Shown piece after piece: positions 49,801 through 58,669 of a stretch of 64,000 bases of DNA (position 1 is its first letter; each line of letters opens with the position of its first letter). The notes beneath the pieces were generated by a model, which did no database searches, had not been told where the DNA came from, and saw nothing but the letters and a program-made list of their open reading frames with translations. A program made the position numbers and the translations under genes. Source of the DNA: Acanthaster planci (lineage: Eukaryota). The stretch spans positions 1,376,540 to 1,440,539 of the forward strand of contig NW_019091359.1 in the NCBI RefSeq assembly GCF_001949145.1. Direction: 5' to 3'.

Positions 49801-52800
49801 AAAGAATATGGATGAGACATGTCTGTATATTCAAAATAATGGCTGCTGCCAAAGTAAATATGAAAAGAAACAAAAAAAAATTGAAAATTTGTTATTTCTT
49901 TGTAAAACTACTCAGCTGCAGTTTGTGTCCAAGATTTCCCAACATTGAAGATTGTATTTCTGACACCAATGGTAATCAAAAACCATCTTTTCCAAACATT
50001 TTTATTTTCTTATATTTTTTAGTCTCAGGCTCGGGAGAAATTGGAGATGCTAAGAAACTCCAACGAGAATGAGCTGAGGAAAGAGCAAGAAAACACAATT
50101 AATGATTTGAAGGTAAGTATACGCATGAAAACAGAATAATTTCTTGTCATCCTATAAGTCGAAATATGGATGATTTGGGATCGAAAGTGTGCTTTGTTGT
50201 GTTTCACAGGTAAGTTACTGTTCTTATTATGGAAATTACTGTCTGCTTTGTCGGTAACCAACCAGCGTATTTATTCAGGTTTATGTTAACTTGTTCAGTG
50301 GCAGATTTGTAAGATTGCAATTTTACTCCAAGATTGAAATACCGAAGCTCCCTTTTATATAATGCACATTCATAAAGTATCTGCTATCTTAACAACTCTT
50401 GCTCTACTTACATAGAAACAACATTAAAGTGAACTGAACCATAAACAACAGTGTGGCATAGTGATCTCCCTCTTTGCATTTAAATGCTAGAGACAAAAAG
50501 TCCCCCAATATAGCTTCAATGAGTGTTTAAATCCATACATTTCAAAGCAGGATTTGTACCCCAAATGCAAGCAATGTAGCGATTTTCTTTTAACTAATCT
50601 GACAAATGTATGTTGGTGTTCTGTCTTGTAGAATGAGATAGGGAGATTACGTAGCAGCTACCATGACATGCTCGCACAGAAAGAAACCATGGAGGTAGAA
50701 GTTGCTAGATTCAAGGTAGGGTATTGCAATCACAATCCTGATAAGTTAATTTTCTTTCATAGCAGGCCAACAGTTTAAGACATGGGGGGTCAGAGATCTG
50801 AGCCAACCGTTATTTGCCATCGTTCTCAAGGTTGGGTACACCAGAAAGAAATGTTGAAATATTACAGAATAAGAAGGGGAAATTCACAACACATATTAAG
50901 TTTTATTACACACTGTGGGAGTTATTGGTTTGCAAACTAGTGGAAAGAAGTCCTTTATTCCTGTTGTTTGTCAGAAGTTTAAGATCAGGTAATTCCAAAG
51001 CAATTGTAGTGACTTGTAAGACATTTTACAGACTGAAATTCCCTGAGACAGTCGGATTCACACGACGGGAACAGTGCCATGTTGTCGCTGGGCAAGATCT
51101 AATTTGACAGCACCTCTGCATTTTGCTCTCTGAACCTAAATGAACCCTACCCTGTCTCTGTCTTGAAGGAGTTATACCAAGATGCAGTGAAGAAGCAGGA
51201 CAAGTTGACCACTCAGCTGGAGAAAGCCCAGGATAAACTGGTGGATACACAGGCCAAATTTACGTAGGTGTCATGCGAAAACAATTCTGAAGTAGGCCAA
51301 AGGTTTGTTTGCAGGGAAAAGAAACCGCATCTTCCTTGCAGAAGTTACAGTGAGATGCTTTCCCAAATGTTTGAATCATGAAGTGTAGTAAAATTGTATT
51401 TTTTCAAAGAAGGTAAACCATGTGCATTTCCATTCAACATATATGGCAGTAGGGTCTTTGAACCTGTTTTAGTTTAAAACATGTGAGTCAGTGTCTTGGT
51501 ACTTAAATGATCAATTTAGTTCACAAATGTTGTTTGACACATTTCTTTGTCGCCCATTTCTTTCTTGGTACATGTTTAACCAGAATTTTGGCAGGCATAA
51601 GCTTGTAGTTTCCTGGGACTGTGTCCCCTGTGAAGCTACATTTGTCAGTCATCTATATTCATTCCTGACATCACTGTCAATGCCAGTCATTGGAAGTCAT
51701 CACAGGTCATTCATTCTCAAGTTCAAGTCACAAGCTATTCCAATGAACTGCAGAACAAAAGGCATCCCTTCTGACTAGGCTTACGACCCGACTTCTTTTT
51801 GATGTGTGATTGAGTGGTTGACTGTTTTCCAACTCTGGTCATAGTTGCCCACTGTTTGCATTGTTAGCATCAAGACTTTCCGATTGCAGCTAGCAATGGC
51901 ATGCACAACAGCTGAGAAACCGATTTCACTCCACCATGTTGCTAAATCTTGTTGCTTTTGACCATGCCACATTCTGATGATCGTATTCCGTCCAGGTTAC
52001 AGAAGCAACGGAATAGACAAATGCTGGACGGGAGCCTGGATTTATCTCCCAGACACCTGCCCAAGAAGCAAGCCCAGAGCCCTCAGATGGACTCCATCAC
52101 AGAGAAGGTCAGTTTTGAGCTCTTGAAACCTCCTTTAAATGCTTGTGAACCAAAAACACTGATTTCACTGATTCTTCATGATGTTACATTTACTTTTTTC
52201 TTCAGGAACTGTTCCAAATAGGCTGCGAAATTCTGATGGCGTCGTTGTTGTCAAGGGAAACCTTCTGTGAATTTTTTTTGTAGTGTTAGGAAGTTCAGGT
52301 TTTGAATAAAACAGTCTTTTGGGTGATGGTTGTGCAGTATTTCGGAAAATCTTTACTTTGGCAAAATATTAACTTGGGCAAAGATGTTGCGGAAGCTGCT
52401 CAGAACTGTTTAACATGTCAAGGCTACAAATTATTGATCGGGGTGTTGTAATTTGTTTTCTCTCTTTTGCCACATCGGGGAAAGCTTAGATGCCTCTTTC
52501 ACAGATCTCTGGTCAAGTTTCATGAGATTTATTTGGATATGTTTTCTCTAGTGACTCGTCACTGGTGTCCAGTATATGAGAACCAATCAAAATGCTGTTA
52601 CTACATGGCAAGCAATCCCAAAGTCTAATGCCGTTGCCCGTCTGGTTCACAGTTTTTTGAAAAGATGACTTTTGTTTCTCTTCCTCACAGGTGTGGAGTG
52701 AGCTAGACAAGAGCATCACACGTCATTTGCAAGCAGGTANNNNNNNNNNNNNNNNNNNNNNNNNNNNNNNNNNNNNNNNNNNNNNNNNNNNNNNNNNNNN

Positions 52801-54045
52801 NNNNNNNNNNNNNNNNNNNNNNNNNNNNNNNNNNNNNNNNNNNNNNNNNNNNNNNNNNNNNNNNNNNNNNNNNNNNNNNNNNNNNNNNNNNNNNNNNNNN
52901 NNNNNNNNNNNNNNNNNNNNNNNNNNNNNNNNNNNNNNNNNNNNNNNNNNNNNNNNNNNNNNNNNNNNNNNNNNNNNNNNNNNNNNNNNNNNNNNNNNNN
53001 NNNNNNNNNNNNNNNNNNNNNNNNNNNNNNNNNNNNNNNNNNNNNNNNNNNNNNNNNNNNNNNNNNNNNNNNNNNNNNNNNNNNNNNNNNNNNNNNNNNN
53101 NNNNNNNNNNNNNNNNNNNNNNNNNNNNNNNNNNNNNNNNNNNNNNNNNNNNNNNNNNNNNNNNNNNNNNNNNNNNNNNNNNNNNNNNNNNNNNNNNNNN
53201 NNNNNNNNNNNNNNNNNNNNNNNNNNNNNNNNNNNNNNNNNNNNNNNNNNNNNNNNNNNNNNNNNNNNNNNNNNNNNNNNNNNNNNNNNNNNNNNNNNNN
53301 NNNNNNNNNNNNNNNNNNNNNNNNNNNNNNNNNNNNNNNNNNNNNNNNNNNNNNNNNNNNNNNNNNNNNNNNNNNNNNNNNNNNNNNNNNNNNNNNNNNN
53401 NNNNNNNNNNNNNNNNNNNNNNNNNNNNNNNNNNNNNNNNNNNNNNNNNNNNNNNNNNNNNNNNNNNNNNNNNNNNNNNNNNNNNNNNNNNNNNNNNNNN
53501 NNNNNNNNNNNNNNNNNNNNNNNNNNNNNNNNNNNNNNNNNNNNNNNNNNNNNNNNNNNNNNNNNNNNNNNNNNNNNNNNNNNNNNNNNNNNNNNNNNNN
53601 NNNNNNNNNNNNNNNNNNNNNNNNNNNNNNNNNNNCGGTCAAAGCTATCCAATGACAGACAGGCACTTGATTGGAAATATCTCACTTTGATTATTATTTA
53701 TTCAAGAATGACGATTTGCATAGTGTCAAGACCCAAGTCTGTGTCCTAGTTGTACATTTATAGGCTAGCGTTCAGTTTTTTTCTTTGCTAGCAGAAGTGT
53801 GATTTATGAGATGTGACCTCATGAAGAATCTGTTGAGAGCCCCCATTTTCTTTTGTCAGACTAATTGAGTGGTAGCATTAGGACGCTGTTATTTCTTGTC
53901 CTTTGCAGCACCCACTGATGTTGGGGCCACACTGACTGAGTTGCGGACAGGCTCACTCAGTCGAAGCTACGATGGCTACAACTCTCCCCTCCGGCACGAG
54001 AACAACCAATACCTTGCCACACTCCGAAAGAACTACTTTGTCTGA
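4689..54045 (+). CDS. ANKRD26: Ankyrin repeat domain-containing protein 26-like (N-terminal ankyrin repeats, acidic linker, E/R/K helix, C-terminal CCDC144C/DUF3496-type coiled coil); 57 visible coding exons totalling 7,436 nt, ~2,500 aa
   Basis: N-terminus MKKIFKSGK..GYSVKEKDLPKLHKSAWGGELAKVQQL and C-terminus ELDKSITRHL..YLATLRKNYFV* resemble vertebrate ANKRD26 as I recall it (MKKIFSKKG; ELEKNITREL; YVQVLKKNYMI). The exon chain is phase-consistent everywhere except across the gap at 13646-14182. Confidence 0.92.
6161..6275 (+). CDS. ANKRD26: ANKRD26 exon 2 (ankyrin)
   Basis: TALHLACAHGH..SPLMK; 115 nt. Confidence 0.93.
7138..7311 (+). CDS. ANKRD26: ANKRD26 exon 3 (ankyrin)
   Basis: AAQGNH..GNTALHL..NAPNK; 174 nt. 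Confidence 0.93.
7787..7893 (+). CDS. ANKRD26: ANKRD26 exon 4 (ankyrin)
   Basis: NGSTPLHL..ADVNATNNNN; 107 nt. Confidence 0.93.
8034..10567. mobile_element. Non-autonomous foldback-like DNA transposon (~2.5 kb) with modular terminal inverted repeats, in ANKRD26 intron 4
   Basis: Left end gggttagattatataccagaaaacattgaaaaataccg matches the reverse complement of the right end (gggttttactatatactggaaaacactgaaaaataccg). Arrays of ~10-bp aaaacacc(g/c) units sit at ~8050-8450 and inverted at ~10397-10555. Flanks acctgaat/accttagt match 6/8. Confidence 0.8.
10881..11018 (+). CDS. ANKRD26: ANKRD26 exon 5 (ankyrin)
   Basis: TALMLACQSDQ..KGWTANDQA; 138 nt. Confidence 0.92.
11985..12165. repeat. Degraded MITE-like remnant with repeated (g)tactca motifs
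   Basis: Multiple tactca/actcacactc units; ends taagtacatt / aatgtactta are inverted. Confidence 0.4.
12291..12442 (+). CDS. ANKRD26: ANKRD26 exon 6
   Basis: CSHLIDEA..GFSLGG..DEF; phase 2 to 1. Confidence 0.85.
12667..12697 (+). CDS. ANKRD26: ANKRD26 exon 7
   Basis: 31 nt DDDEDDLSIG; ctccag/gtaagt; phase 1 to 2. Confidence 0.85.
12879..12951 (+). CDS. ANKRD26: ANKRD26 exon 8
   Basis: 73 nt DSFGDDSWAAS..PKPK; gtaagg. Confidence 0.85.
14500..14640 (+). repeat. Dispersed repeat, copy 1
   Basis: gctaccaacaaaatgaacactgcccacc..ggctcttttcaaccaatgagggggtgcttttgctc is shared with 39920-40050 and, more weakly and inverted, with ~58345-58440. Confidence 0.75.
14831..15171 (+). CDS. ANKRD26: ANKRD26 visible exon 9 (Ser/Pro-rich)
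   Basis: SQQSTASKSRIPR..SPWDD..FGE; phase 1 to 0. Confidence 0.8.
16485..16556 (+). CDS. ANKRD26: ANKRD26 visible exon 10
   Basis: SGSEWDDDDVL..; tttcag/gtaagt. Confidence 0.8.
16745..16775 (+). CDS. ANKRD26: ANKRD26 visible exon 11
   Basis: 31 nt KILEKKQPIL; gtaagt; phase 0 to 1. Confidence 0.72.
17364..17426 (+). CDS. ANKRD26: ANKRD26 visible exon 12
   Basis: 63 nt, ttttttcag/gtacat; symmetric phase 1. Confidence 0.65.
17807..17922 (+). CDS. ANKRD26: ANKRD26 visible exon 13
   Basis: VLNQLGMSDMDDDDDD..PSLQ; phase 1 to 0. Confidence 0.78.
19036..19117 (+). CDS. ANKRD26: ANKRD26 visible exon 14
   Basis: PNPIISVKD..EEDE; gtgaga; phase 0 to 1. Confidence 0.78.
19584..19603 (+). CDS. ANKRD26: ANKRD26 visible exon 15 (20-nt microexon, ESDWDSD)
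   Basis: aacag/gtaagt; bridges phase 1 to 0. Confidence 0.72.
20076..20112 (+). CDS. ANKRD26: ANKRD26 visible exon 16
   Basis: 37 nt DDLLPSHASNDK; tgcag/gtgaga; phase 0 to 1. Confidence 0.72.
20456..20741. mobile_element. 286-bp palindromic MITE with perfect 8-bp TSD (P- or hAT-superfamily-like)
   Basis: TSD gtgtcaac at 20448-20455 and 20742-20749; TIR caaagatcgtatagtgcc / ggcgctatacgatctttg; internal inverted repeat gccatttgagcaagcgatatgcctgcgc / gcgcaggcatattgcttgctcaaatggc. Confidence 0.88.
21477..21781 (+). CDS. ANKRD26: ANKRD26 visible exon 17
   Basis: PPIIRPGD..DDNWDSEAEDEEEESEWEK..; gtgagt. Confidence 0.85.
22887..23068 (-). mobile_element. piggyBac-like MITE family A, complete copy
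   Basis: TTAA flanks at 22883-86 and 23069-72; (g)cccttc..gatgggg ends; reverse complement shares ggaattcttttgac.gcgactgct with both other copies and gtatgtgtggtatgcactaatcctcacaca with the 62684 copy. Confidence 0.8.
26036..27864 (+). CDS. ANKRD26: ANKRD26 visible exon 18: giant 1,829-nt exon, E/R/K-rich charged helix
   Basis: Lies in ORF 26003-27868; acceptor taaag|GCA; donor GG|gtagga; phase 0 to 2 fits both neighbours. Confidence 0.88.
28259..28355 (+). CDS. ANKRD26: ANKRD26 visible exon 19
   Basis: QNPQNPLH..GLHSQ; phase 2 to 0. Confidence 0.78.
28855..29050 (+). CDS. ANKRD26: ANKRD26 visible exon 20
   Basis: (Q)PAWQAVLSEPDGLDSSSTDED..GPV; tag/cag tandem acceptor; gtaagc. Confidence 0.8.
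29790..29922 (+). CDS. ANKRD26: ANKRD26 visible exon 21
   Basis: PTAVLRLQGQL..NHCKAL; gtgagt. Confidence 0.88.
30078..30158 (+). CDS. ANKRD26: ANKRD26 visible exon 22
   Basis: RVDEANHSKAALEQ..RTL; gtaagt. Confidence 0.88.
30771..30869 (+). CDS. ANKRD26: ANKRD26 visible exon 23
   Basis: HELSQELEKRHNAE..QLLRKEEMY. Confidence 0.9.
30989..31073 (+). CDS. ANKRD26: ANKRD26 visible exon 24
   Basis: EIEAKQRAEL..LELRTAQNLVRQ. Confidence 0.9.
31702..31815 (+). CDS. ANKRD26: ANKRD26 visible exon 25
   Basis: FEEERDELRSQL..EKHARALQEE. Confidence 0.88.
32528..32554 (+). CDS. ANKRD26: ANKRD26 visible exon 26 (27-nt microexon ESSRIFAEK)
   Basis: long T tract, tacag/gtatgt; symmetric phase 0. Confidence 0.72.
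32957..33052 (+). CDS. ANKRD26: ANKRD26 visible exon 27
   Basis: AEAVSRLE..LKTELNALK. Confidence 0.85.
33503..33607 (+). CDS. ANKRD26: ANKRD26 visible exon 28
   Basis: VELERQR..ENEELANKIEELKNEI. Confidence 0.87.
33759..33958. mobile_element. ~200-bp MITE, unclassified
   Basis: Left tatagaccgatccggtgac..gccattactgcggtgtc versus right gacaccgcagtaatggcgtcatcgaatcggtcaata (inverted, with an 11-nt insertion in the left arm). Confidence 0.75.
34222..34356 (+). CDS. ANKRD26: ANKRD26 visible exon 29
   Basis: RVSEEALAHA..KTENAMLH..LQAK. Confidence 0.9.
34469..34548 (+). CDS. ANKRD26: ANKRD26 visible exon 30
   Basis: LESVDRRLQS..RSDLE. Confidence 0.88.
35469..35604 (+). mobile_element. piggyBac-like MITE family A, gapped copy
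   Basis: ttaa|ccccttcatggcggaattcttttgaccgcgactgct..agggaagggg|taaa; centre is an N-gap. Confidence 0.8.
36523..36607 (+). CDS. ANKRD26: ANKRD26 visible exon 31
   Basis: SLQRERDEWSRNRDKL..AVQ. Confidence 0.88.
37115..37171 (+). CDS. ANKRD26: ANKRD26 visible exon 32
   Basis: AASKKYAASESKVRNVEKE. Confidence 0.85.
37912..38031 (+). CDS. ANKRD26: ANKRD26 visible exon 33
   Basis: LQVTGTSLMERS..LQKEK (alternative in-frame acceptor gives start 37918). Confidence 0.8.
38211..38257 (+). CDS. ANKRD26: ANKRD26 visible exon 34
   Basis: EDNYKISARMESLME; phase 0 to 2. Confidence 0.85.
38561..38708 (+). CDS. ANKRD26: ANKRD26 visible exon 35
   Basis: LNDSQGEIAKLRRSLE..LQAENDR. Confidence 0.88.
39198..39323 (+). 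CDS. ANKRD26: ANKRD26 visible exon 36
   Basis: TRSVWEER..EIRQIQQ. Confidence 0.87.
39730..39792 (+). CDS. ANKRD26: ANKRD26 visible exon 37
   Basis: ELTDALRKLSIAEANLDLARK (cf. recalled vertebrate ELADTLKKQSMSEASLE). Confidence 0.9.
39920..40050 (+). repeat. Dispersed repeat, copy 2
   Basis: gctaccagcaaaatgaacactccccact..ggctcttttgaaccgatgagggggtgcttctgctc. Confidence 0.75.
40227..40292 (+). CDS. ANKRD26: ANKRD26 visible exon 38
   Basis: NQSELEREK..LQDQ. Confidence 0.85.
40540..40677 (+). CDS. ANKRD26: ANKRD26 visible exon 39
   Basis: LTSLERDRR..SLQRK. Confidence 0.85.
41318..41437 (+). CDS. ANKRD26: ANKRD26 visible exon 40
   Basis: SELEERLRDLETENARLEAVIKQ..SNK. Confidence 0.88.
41501..42531. 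repeat. 33-bp minisatellite spanning an assembly gap
   Basis: Unit tggtgtctgtggaggttgtaa(cc)tcccatc(g/a)gt at 41501 and 41534, and again immediately after the gap (42499-42531). Confidence 0.8.
43075..43146 (+). CDS. ANKRD26: ANKRD26 visible exon 41
   Basis: MRMSLEDLVSNLQ..GKLQ. Confidence 0.85.
43332..44438. mobile_element. Possible old hAT-like non-autonomous element (~1.1 kb)
   Basis: Ends cgtacctgccaac / gttggcaggtctg (11/13 inverted match); 8-bp flanks gtaacaat/gtgtaaat match only 5/8. Confidence 0.5.
44705..44803 (+). CDS. ANKRD26: ANKRD26 visible exon 42
   Basis: EETANRSL..LWEMEVKSRSRLGLR. Confidence 0.88.
45086..45136 (+). CDS. ANKRD26: ANKRD26 visible exon 43
   Basis: IAQLERAKTEVQAQVDE. 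Confidence 0.85.
45401..45474 (+). CDS. ANKRD26: ANKRD26 visible exon 44
   Basis: EKKKVRKMAELKRSYE..; phase 0 to 2. Confidence 0.87.
46001..46070 (+). CDS. ANKRD26: ANKRD26 visible exon 45
   Basis: TQLQEQEINTLKAKLKTAKKKLK. Confidence 0.88.
46153..46274. repeat. Intronic inverted repeat (~23-25 bp arms)
   Basis: cttcaaaattgagatgaattatt (46153-46175) pairs with aataattcacatctcagttttgaag (46250-46274). Confidence 0.75.
46299..46397 (+). CDS. ANKRD26: ANKRD26 visible exon 46
   Basis: DLEVPELRL..TQRRQ. Confidence 0.83.
46966..47047 (+). CDS. ANKRD26: ANKRD26 visible exon 47
   Basis: IDDLNQQLERE..NRQLQQ. Confidence 0.88.
47336..47364 (+). CDS. ANKRD26: ANKRD26 visible exon 48 (29 nt)
   Basis: ELSSAKTHEK; phase 1 to 0. 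Confidence 0.82.
47856..47915 (+). CDS. ANKRD26: ANKRD26 visible exon 49
   Basis: GKDKLEKAKRKLEDELVQMK. Confidence 0.87.
49134..49202 (+). CDS. ANKRD26: ANKRD26 visible exon 50
   Basis: TLVQQNFVDKGELQKYKQQLDAQ. Confidence 0.88.
49679..49735 (+). CDS. ANKRD26: ANKRD26 visible exon 51
   Basis: ARMELNEKLDQVNTYLEEQ (cf. recalled ARQEIAEKLKEVNLFLQ). Confidence 0.9.
50023..50112 (+). CDS. ANKRD26: ANKRD26 visible exon 52
   Basis: SQAREKLEMLRNSNE..INDLK. Confidence 0.88.
50632..50715 (+). CDS. ANKRD26: ANKRD26 visible exon 53
   Basis: NEIGRLRSS..EVARFK. Confidence 0.87.
51169..51263 (+). CDS. ANKRD26: ANKRD26 visible exon 54
   Basis: ELYQDAVKKQDKL..TQAKF; phase 0 to 2. Confidence 0.87.
51996..52107 (+). 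CDS. ANKRD26: ANKRD26 visible exon 55
   Basis: LQKQRNRQ..SITEK. Confidence 0.83.
52691..52736 (+). CDS. ANKRD26: ANKRD26 visible exon 56
   Basis: VWSELDKSITRHLQA; phase 0 to 1. Confidence 0.88.
53909..54045 (+). CDS. ANKRD26: ANKRD26 last coding exon
   Basis: PTDVGA..NNQYLATLRKNYFV*. Confidence 0.9.
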
Positions 54046-55244
54046 AAAAAAGGCTATTCTGAACCCAGAGGGTTTTTTCTGATGTTTATAACCATTTGTA
54101 CATTTTCTGAAATCTATTGCTTGTGTGTGATTCCTGCTGTAATCATTTGTAAGTTTGTAGTCTTGAGAAGTATTTATCGTTTGTCCTTGAAAAAGCTTTT
54201 ATGTCACTAGTCCGATAGAGAATTTCAACTTGTGTGTGATTATATTTAATGGACTGAAATTGAAGCCTTGCGTGTGTGTGTAATAATTGTATTCCTTGAT
54301 AGTGCTTGTATTCTCTCCTGGGCTCTCGTTCAGTTGATTGCCAGTGATTTTGCTTTCATTTTTCTCGTAAATTGTGGGACGGTTCTCGGATAGAATTGTT
54401 CCTACCTCGCTTTGCTAGAGCTGCAAAGAATAGAAGTTAACATTGGACCATTTTTGCTTTTGCCAAAATAATTATCACTCACAGATGCAGCCATGATGTC
54501 TCCGTAGATTCTAGTGTGAGGGGAAAAATGAAGTGGGGCTAGATTCACTGATATTGACATGTCTTCAACTGTCACAAGATTTGCAGCTCAAACTGCTGAA
54601 GTTACATGGCGAATTTCATGCTGCACATGAAATGAATTTTGTAGAGGATAACTTGATTTTGAAACTCACTGGCATGCAGCTTGCTAATTGGGAAACAGCT
54701 GAAACTGTGCAATATAGTTTCATGGACGGTGGCATCGGCCACAAATGCTGAACTTGGTGCAGTATTTAAGAGAGACGTATATTTTGTCATAGATGGGCTC
54801 TAGATTGTTTTTCTGGTATAGCTTAGAGCAGGGACATGACTCAATTCATTAACAATTTCCACTTCTTGACAAAAGCCTCCCACAGTTCTACCCAGAGCAT
54901 TGCTTATTTTAAGCAAAAAAAAGTGGATACAGTATTTTTTTTGCTGTCCTTGAGCATGAAACCTTATCCTTTTTAGACAGACGGGTATAAGGTCTGGCTA
55001 TACCTTTAAGACTTCTGAAATTGTAAATGTGCCCTACAAAAACTCATTTTTAGTCAAATTGGTCTAAATCTCTCAAGGTGAAAGGAAAATCACAGGGAAT
55101 TTGCTGGTGCAAAACCCCTGAAAGCCAGATTGGGAATGGAAAATCCAGCCAACTTACCAACTTTGGGTCACAGGACATGACTCGGGTCTTGTAGTTTGAA
55201 GTGAAGAAGGCAATGTCTTGGCCAGTCTGTTGAGCAACTCCTAA

Positions 55245-55495
55245 GGAAGTGAGGTTAGCATAGCAGTACTGTCGTTGCCTTCCATGTTTGTGACATTAGG
55301 TTCAAATCCCACCCAGGCTGACATGTAGGTTGGGTTTGACTCCTTACGTGATTCCATGGTTTCCCCTAGACTGTTTAGGGTTTCGTCCCACCTCTAAAAC
55401 TGAGTAATTCTTCACTGTGCCGCCCTAAAAGGGACCTTTGAAAAACAGTTCATAACTAGTAAGGCGTCACTCTGGTTAAATAAAAATTAAAAATT
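55245..55495 (+). mobile_element. Degenerate tRNA-derived SINE
   Basis: A-box-like ttagcatagcag (~55255), B-box ggttcaaatcc (55299-55309), central ggtttc..ggtttcgtcccac block reminiscent of V-domain SINEs, A-rich tail aataaaaattaaaaatt. Confidence 0.6.
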
Positions 55496-58400
55496 GATAA
55501 GGCCTTTGCTGATCTAGTATTCCATTGATCCTGCTTAGGCACATTTACAAGATGCTGATGTTGGATAAGAACTTTGGGAGAGATCTTCGACCAAGGCTTT
55601 GCTACTGCTAGTTAAAACCACTACAAAAATGTGTCTTTTTTGTATCACATTGCAAATTAATCCTGTGACTTCTAGAGTTCCACTGTCCAGTTATTCAAAG
55701 TTCCGATTTTGACAGTTTGTGTTATCAGTTTTCCTAAATGAGGCAGTCACTGTCAAAAACGATGTCTTGAAAAATGAAAATAGTACTAATATTTTGTTGA
55801 TATTTTGAAACAGAAATAACTTTCGTTTTATATATGAAGAATTATATCTCATACATTCATTGTATGTCACCTTGTTCCAAATTTCAAACGTCCACCCTAG
55901 AGCTTGAGTAGTTTATGTTCTCAAATTTTGCTTGAATTCTTTCCCTCCAGGGTGATTCATCTTAAAATTGCAGTTATTTATCCAAATCTAAGGTTGGTGC
56001 TCAGATTCCTCAAATAAAAAAAAACTTGCCAGTCACCTTGATGAATTCCGTCCAAGTAACTCGAACGAAAAGTTATCTTTTTAATCATCCTAGTCTCCTT
56101 TTGGCATTTTATCGAATTCTGCGAAGGCCTTTTTTCACTGTGGCAGTTAGTGTTAAAGAGAAGCTTTTTAAAATGTACTATTTATTTATTTATTTGGTAT
56201 TCCAGTAGTTGAAATTAACTGTAGTCTTGGGCTTGTTTGTAGAGCTCTTGTACCTGTAGGTGTGTAAAAAACTTTAATTATTGACAGACAGTGCCTCGTA
56301 TATAATTGAAAATTTCTGTAAGGTTGCTGAAGTGTTGTCAGGACCAGTGGCCACATGGTATATTGAAAAATTCCTCCAAGCGATTGAAAATGAACCATTT
56401 GATGTTCAAGCCGACCAAAATATATCGGGCTGCGGGGAGGAGGCAAAAATGGTAGTTTGCTTACTGTTGGACTCAGGCTGGTATTGGCTGACAAAAAACC
56501 TGAAACTGGCCAATGGACTGTGGTTTGCATATTCATGACGGGAATCCATTCACTTGAAGCCATAGTGGAGGCCACGCACAGTCCTACTAGGAATTGACCA
56601 TGTGTTTGCATGTTGGTCAAATCAAGACTTCTGGACCAAATTATTCCATAGTGGTTCACACTGTTCGAGAGAAAACAGGTATTGAATGAAACAAACCATA
56701 TTGAATCTTTATTGAATTTGAAGTCTGAAGAGCAAGTGCAGTTGACAATATTTTGATGAATTTAGGTCAATTGGTGTATTGTTATATTGTTCATTTGTGT
56801 CTTTTGGACACTTCCAATTTGATGGTCATGTATCCGTAATATAGCTTTCAAAACAGAATTTCAATTTATTACTGGTTAGTAAGGTTCCTAATATGGAGCA
56901 CTTACGTTTGACCTTGACGATCAAGTTCAAATGAGCATTCAATTAAACTACATGATTTGCATACATGTATAATTCATAATTTGACCGATCCACATGTACA
57001 AGGGGGATAGCTCAATGTGTTCACTGTTCCTAAGCCATGACTTCAGGTTTTACCACTGGCACATCACAGTGGCTAGCCACAGCCACAGCCCAGTGTTTAT
57101 TGGCTCTCAGAGATTAACTGAGGCTGACTTGGAGCCAAATTCCAAATTGTTTTCTGACACTTATATACCAAGGCAGACGTCGTAGTATTGCTCACAGTGT
57201 TGTTTTTGTATCATTCTTGCAAACTCCGAGACAATGAAGTTTTGACTTCGTTACACAATAGAAGTGCCATTGGGTTCCTCGACTTTATTTTTTAAGAATG
57301 ACAGTGCAGTAGCTAACTCATGTTTTATTCAACACACAAAAGCCAAGGACAGTTCATCGATCAACTCCAGTACAGGGTATTGTCAACCAAACTTCAAGGT
57401 TCTTTTGTACGATTGTATTTACATTTCCACGTAGCTGCTTAAGTTTAATAATCCGTTTGCATTAGCTTTTGTTTTTCTTGTACTAATTAATAAGTATTAT
57501 TAAATGAATAACAATTCTATAATGTATTACCTATGGAGTGTTAATGTAATAAAACAAATACATATTACTTTAGATAATGAGACTTTGTGGATATCATTTG
57601 TTCATTAGTGGCTTGTATTCAGATTAATGGAATTTCACTTTTGTCATTTTCCCCATTCTTTTTATTATGTCTACAGCACAAGATCCACATGTTACATCGA
57701 TGACCCAATGCATGTGATCTTATGTCCGAGAGTGCTGAAAAGCTGAAATTAGTAAATATATTAAAGTTACCAGTCAAACTTTATTTCAATGACCAGTTCC
57801 GAGTCAATTTAGTGAAGCGCAAGGATTTCCTCACCCGTCCGTAACACATCTAACTACACTCTTTGATCTTGCCAGGTTATCACAGTATTACACATCACTC
57901 CCCAAAACAATTTGTTGCCTTCTGGTGTGCGTACCAGTTGTTGAGATTGAGCAGTCTGGTGTAATCTGTTGGAAGTTTTGTGCAGGGATGGTGAATGTTG
58001 TTCGATGATAGACTGTATTTCATGGTGCAGTGCACAATCTGGTTTTTAATATGTCAAGGTGGATCGGGGGAGGGGGGGGGCTGAAGCCATGCCCCCCAAC
58101 AATTTTGGCCACCTCCAAAACTTTGGTTCGAGATTTGCAGTTGGGTGTTTAGCCATGTAGCAAGACAGAGATTTTATTGGTTGCCACAAACAGTGACAAT
58201 CCTTTCCTGTGGTCTTCAGGAGCAAAGGTTTCGAGCATGGATATGCATGAAAGGCGGTGCTCATGTGCAAATGTGTAACGTGACCCAACATCTGAGGTCA
58301 CACAGGTGATGATGCATTGGCTATTCTCTACGCCTACCTGCTCTGTGCAGAAGCACCCCCTCGCAGTCAAAAAAGAGAGAGATTGGTTGCAACTGTTTCA

Positions 58401-58669
58401 ACTGGGCACCCAGTGCCAATTAGAGTGTTGTTCATTTGTGATTCCAACAGAAATCCTTCACACACTCCGTGCGGCCTGCACTAAGCACGAATGAACCTGT
58501 GTGTGCTCATGGTGTGTCCCAGACAGATGTTAGTCAGGTGTCAAACCAAGCTATATCCACTTCCTCCACGGATTGGACAGCAGACGGGTTGAGGTACTTG
58601 GCATAACGACCCTATATCAAATACATTTTGGCATGGTGCCTAAAGAGTTTACTCCTGGCTGGACAACAG

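Noticed and set aside
13593..53749. Long ORFs made mostly of X
   Set aside because: Artefacts of translating N-gaps
55245..55320. Possible tRNA gene
   Set aside because: Only degenerate A/B boxes; I could not build a cloverleaf, and a SINE-like body and A-rich tail follow
56186..56659. 157-aa minus-strand ORF between the convergent genes
   Set aside because: No recognisable domain or splice context; probably a chance ORF in UTR or intergenic DNA
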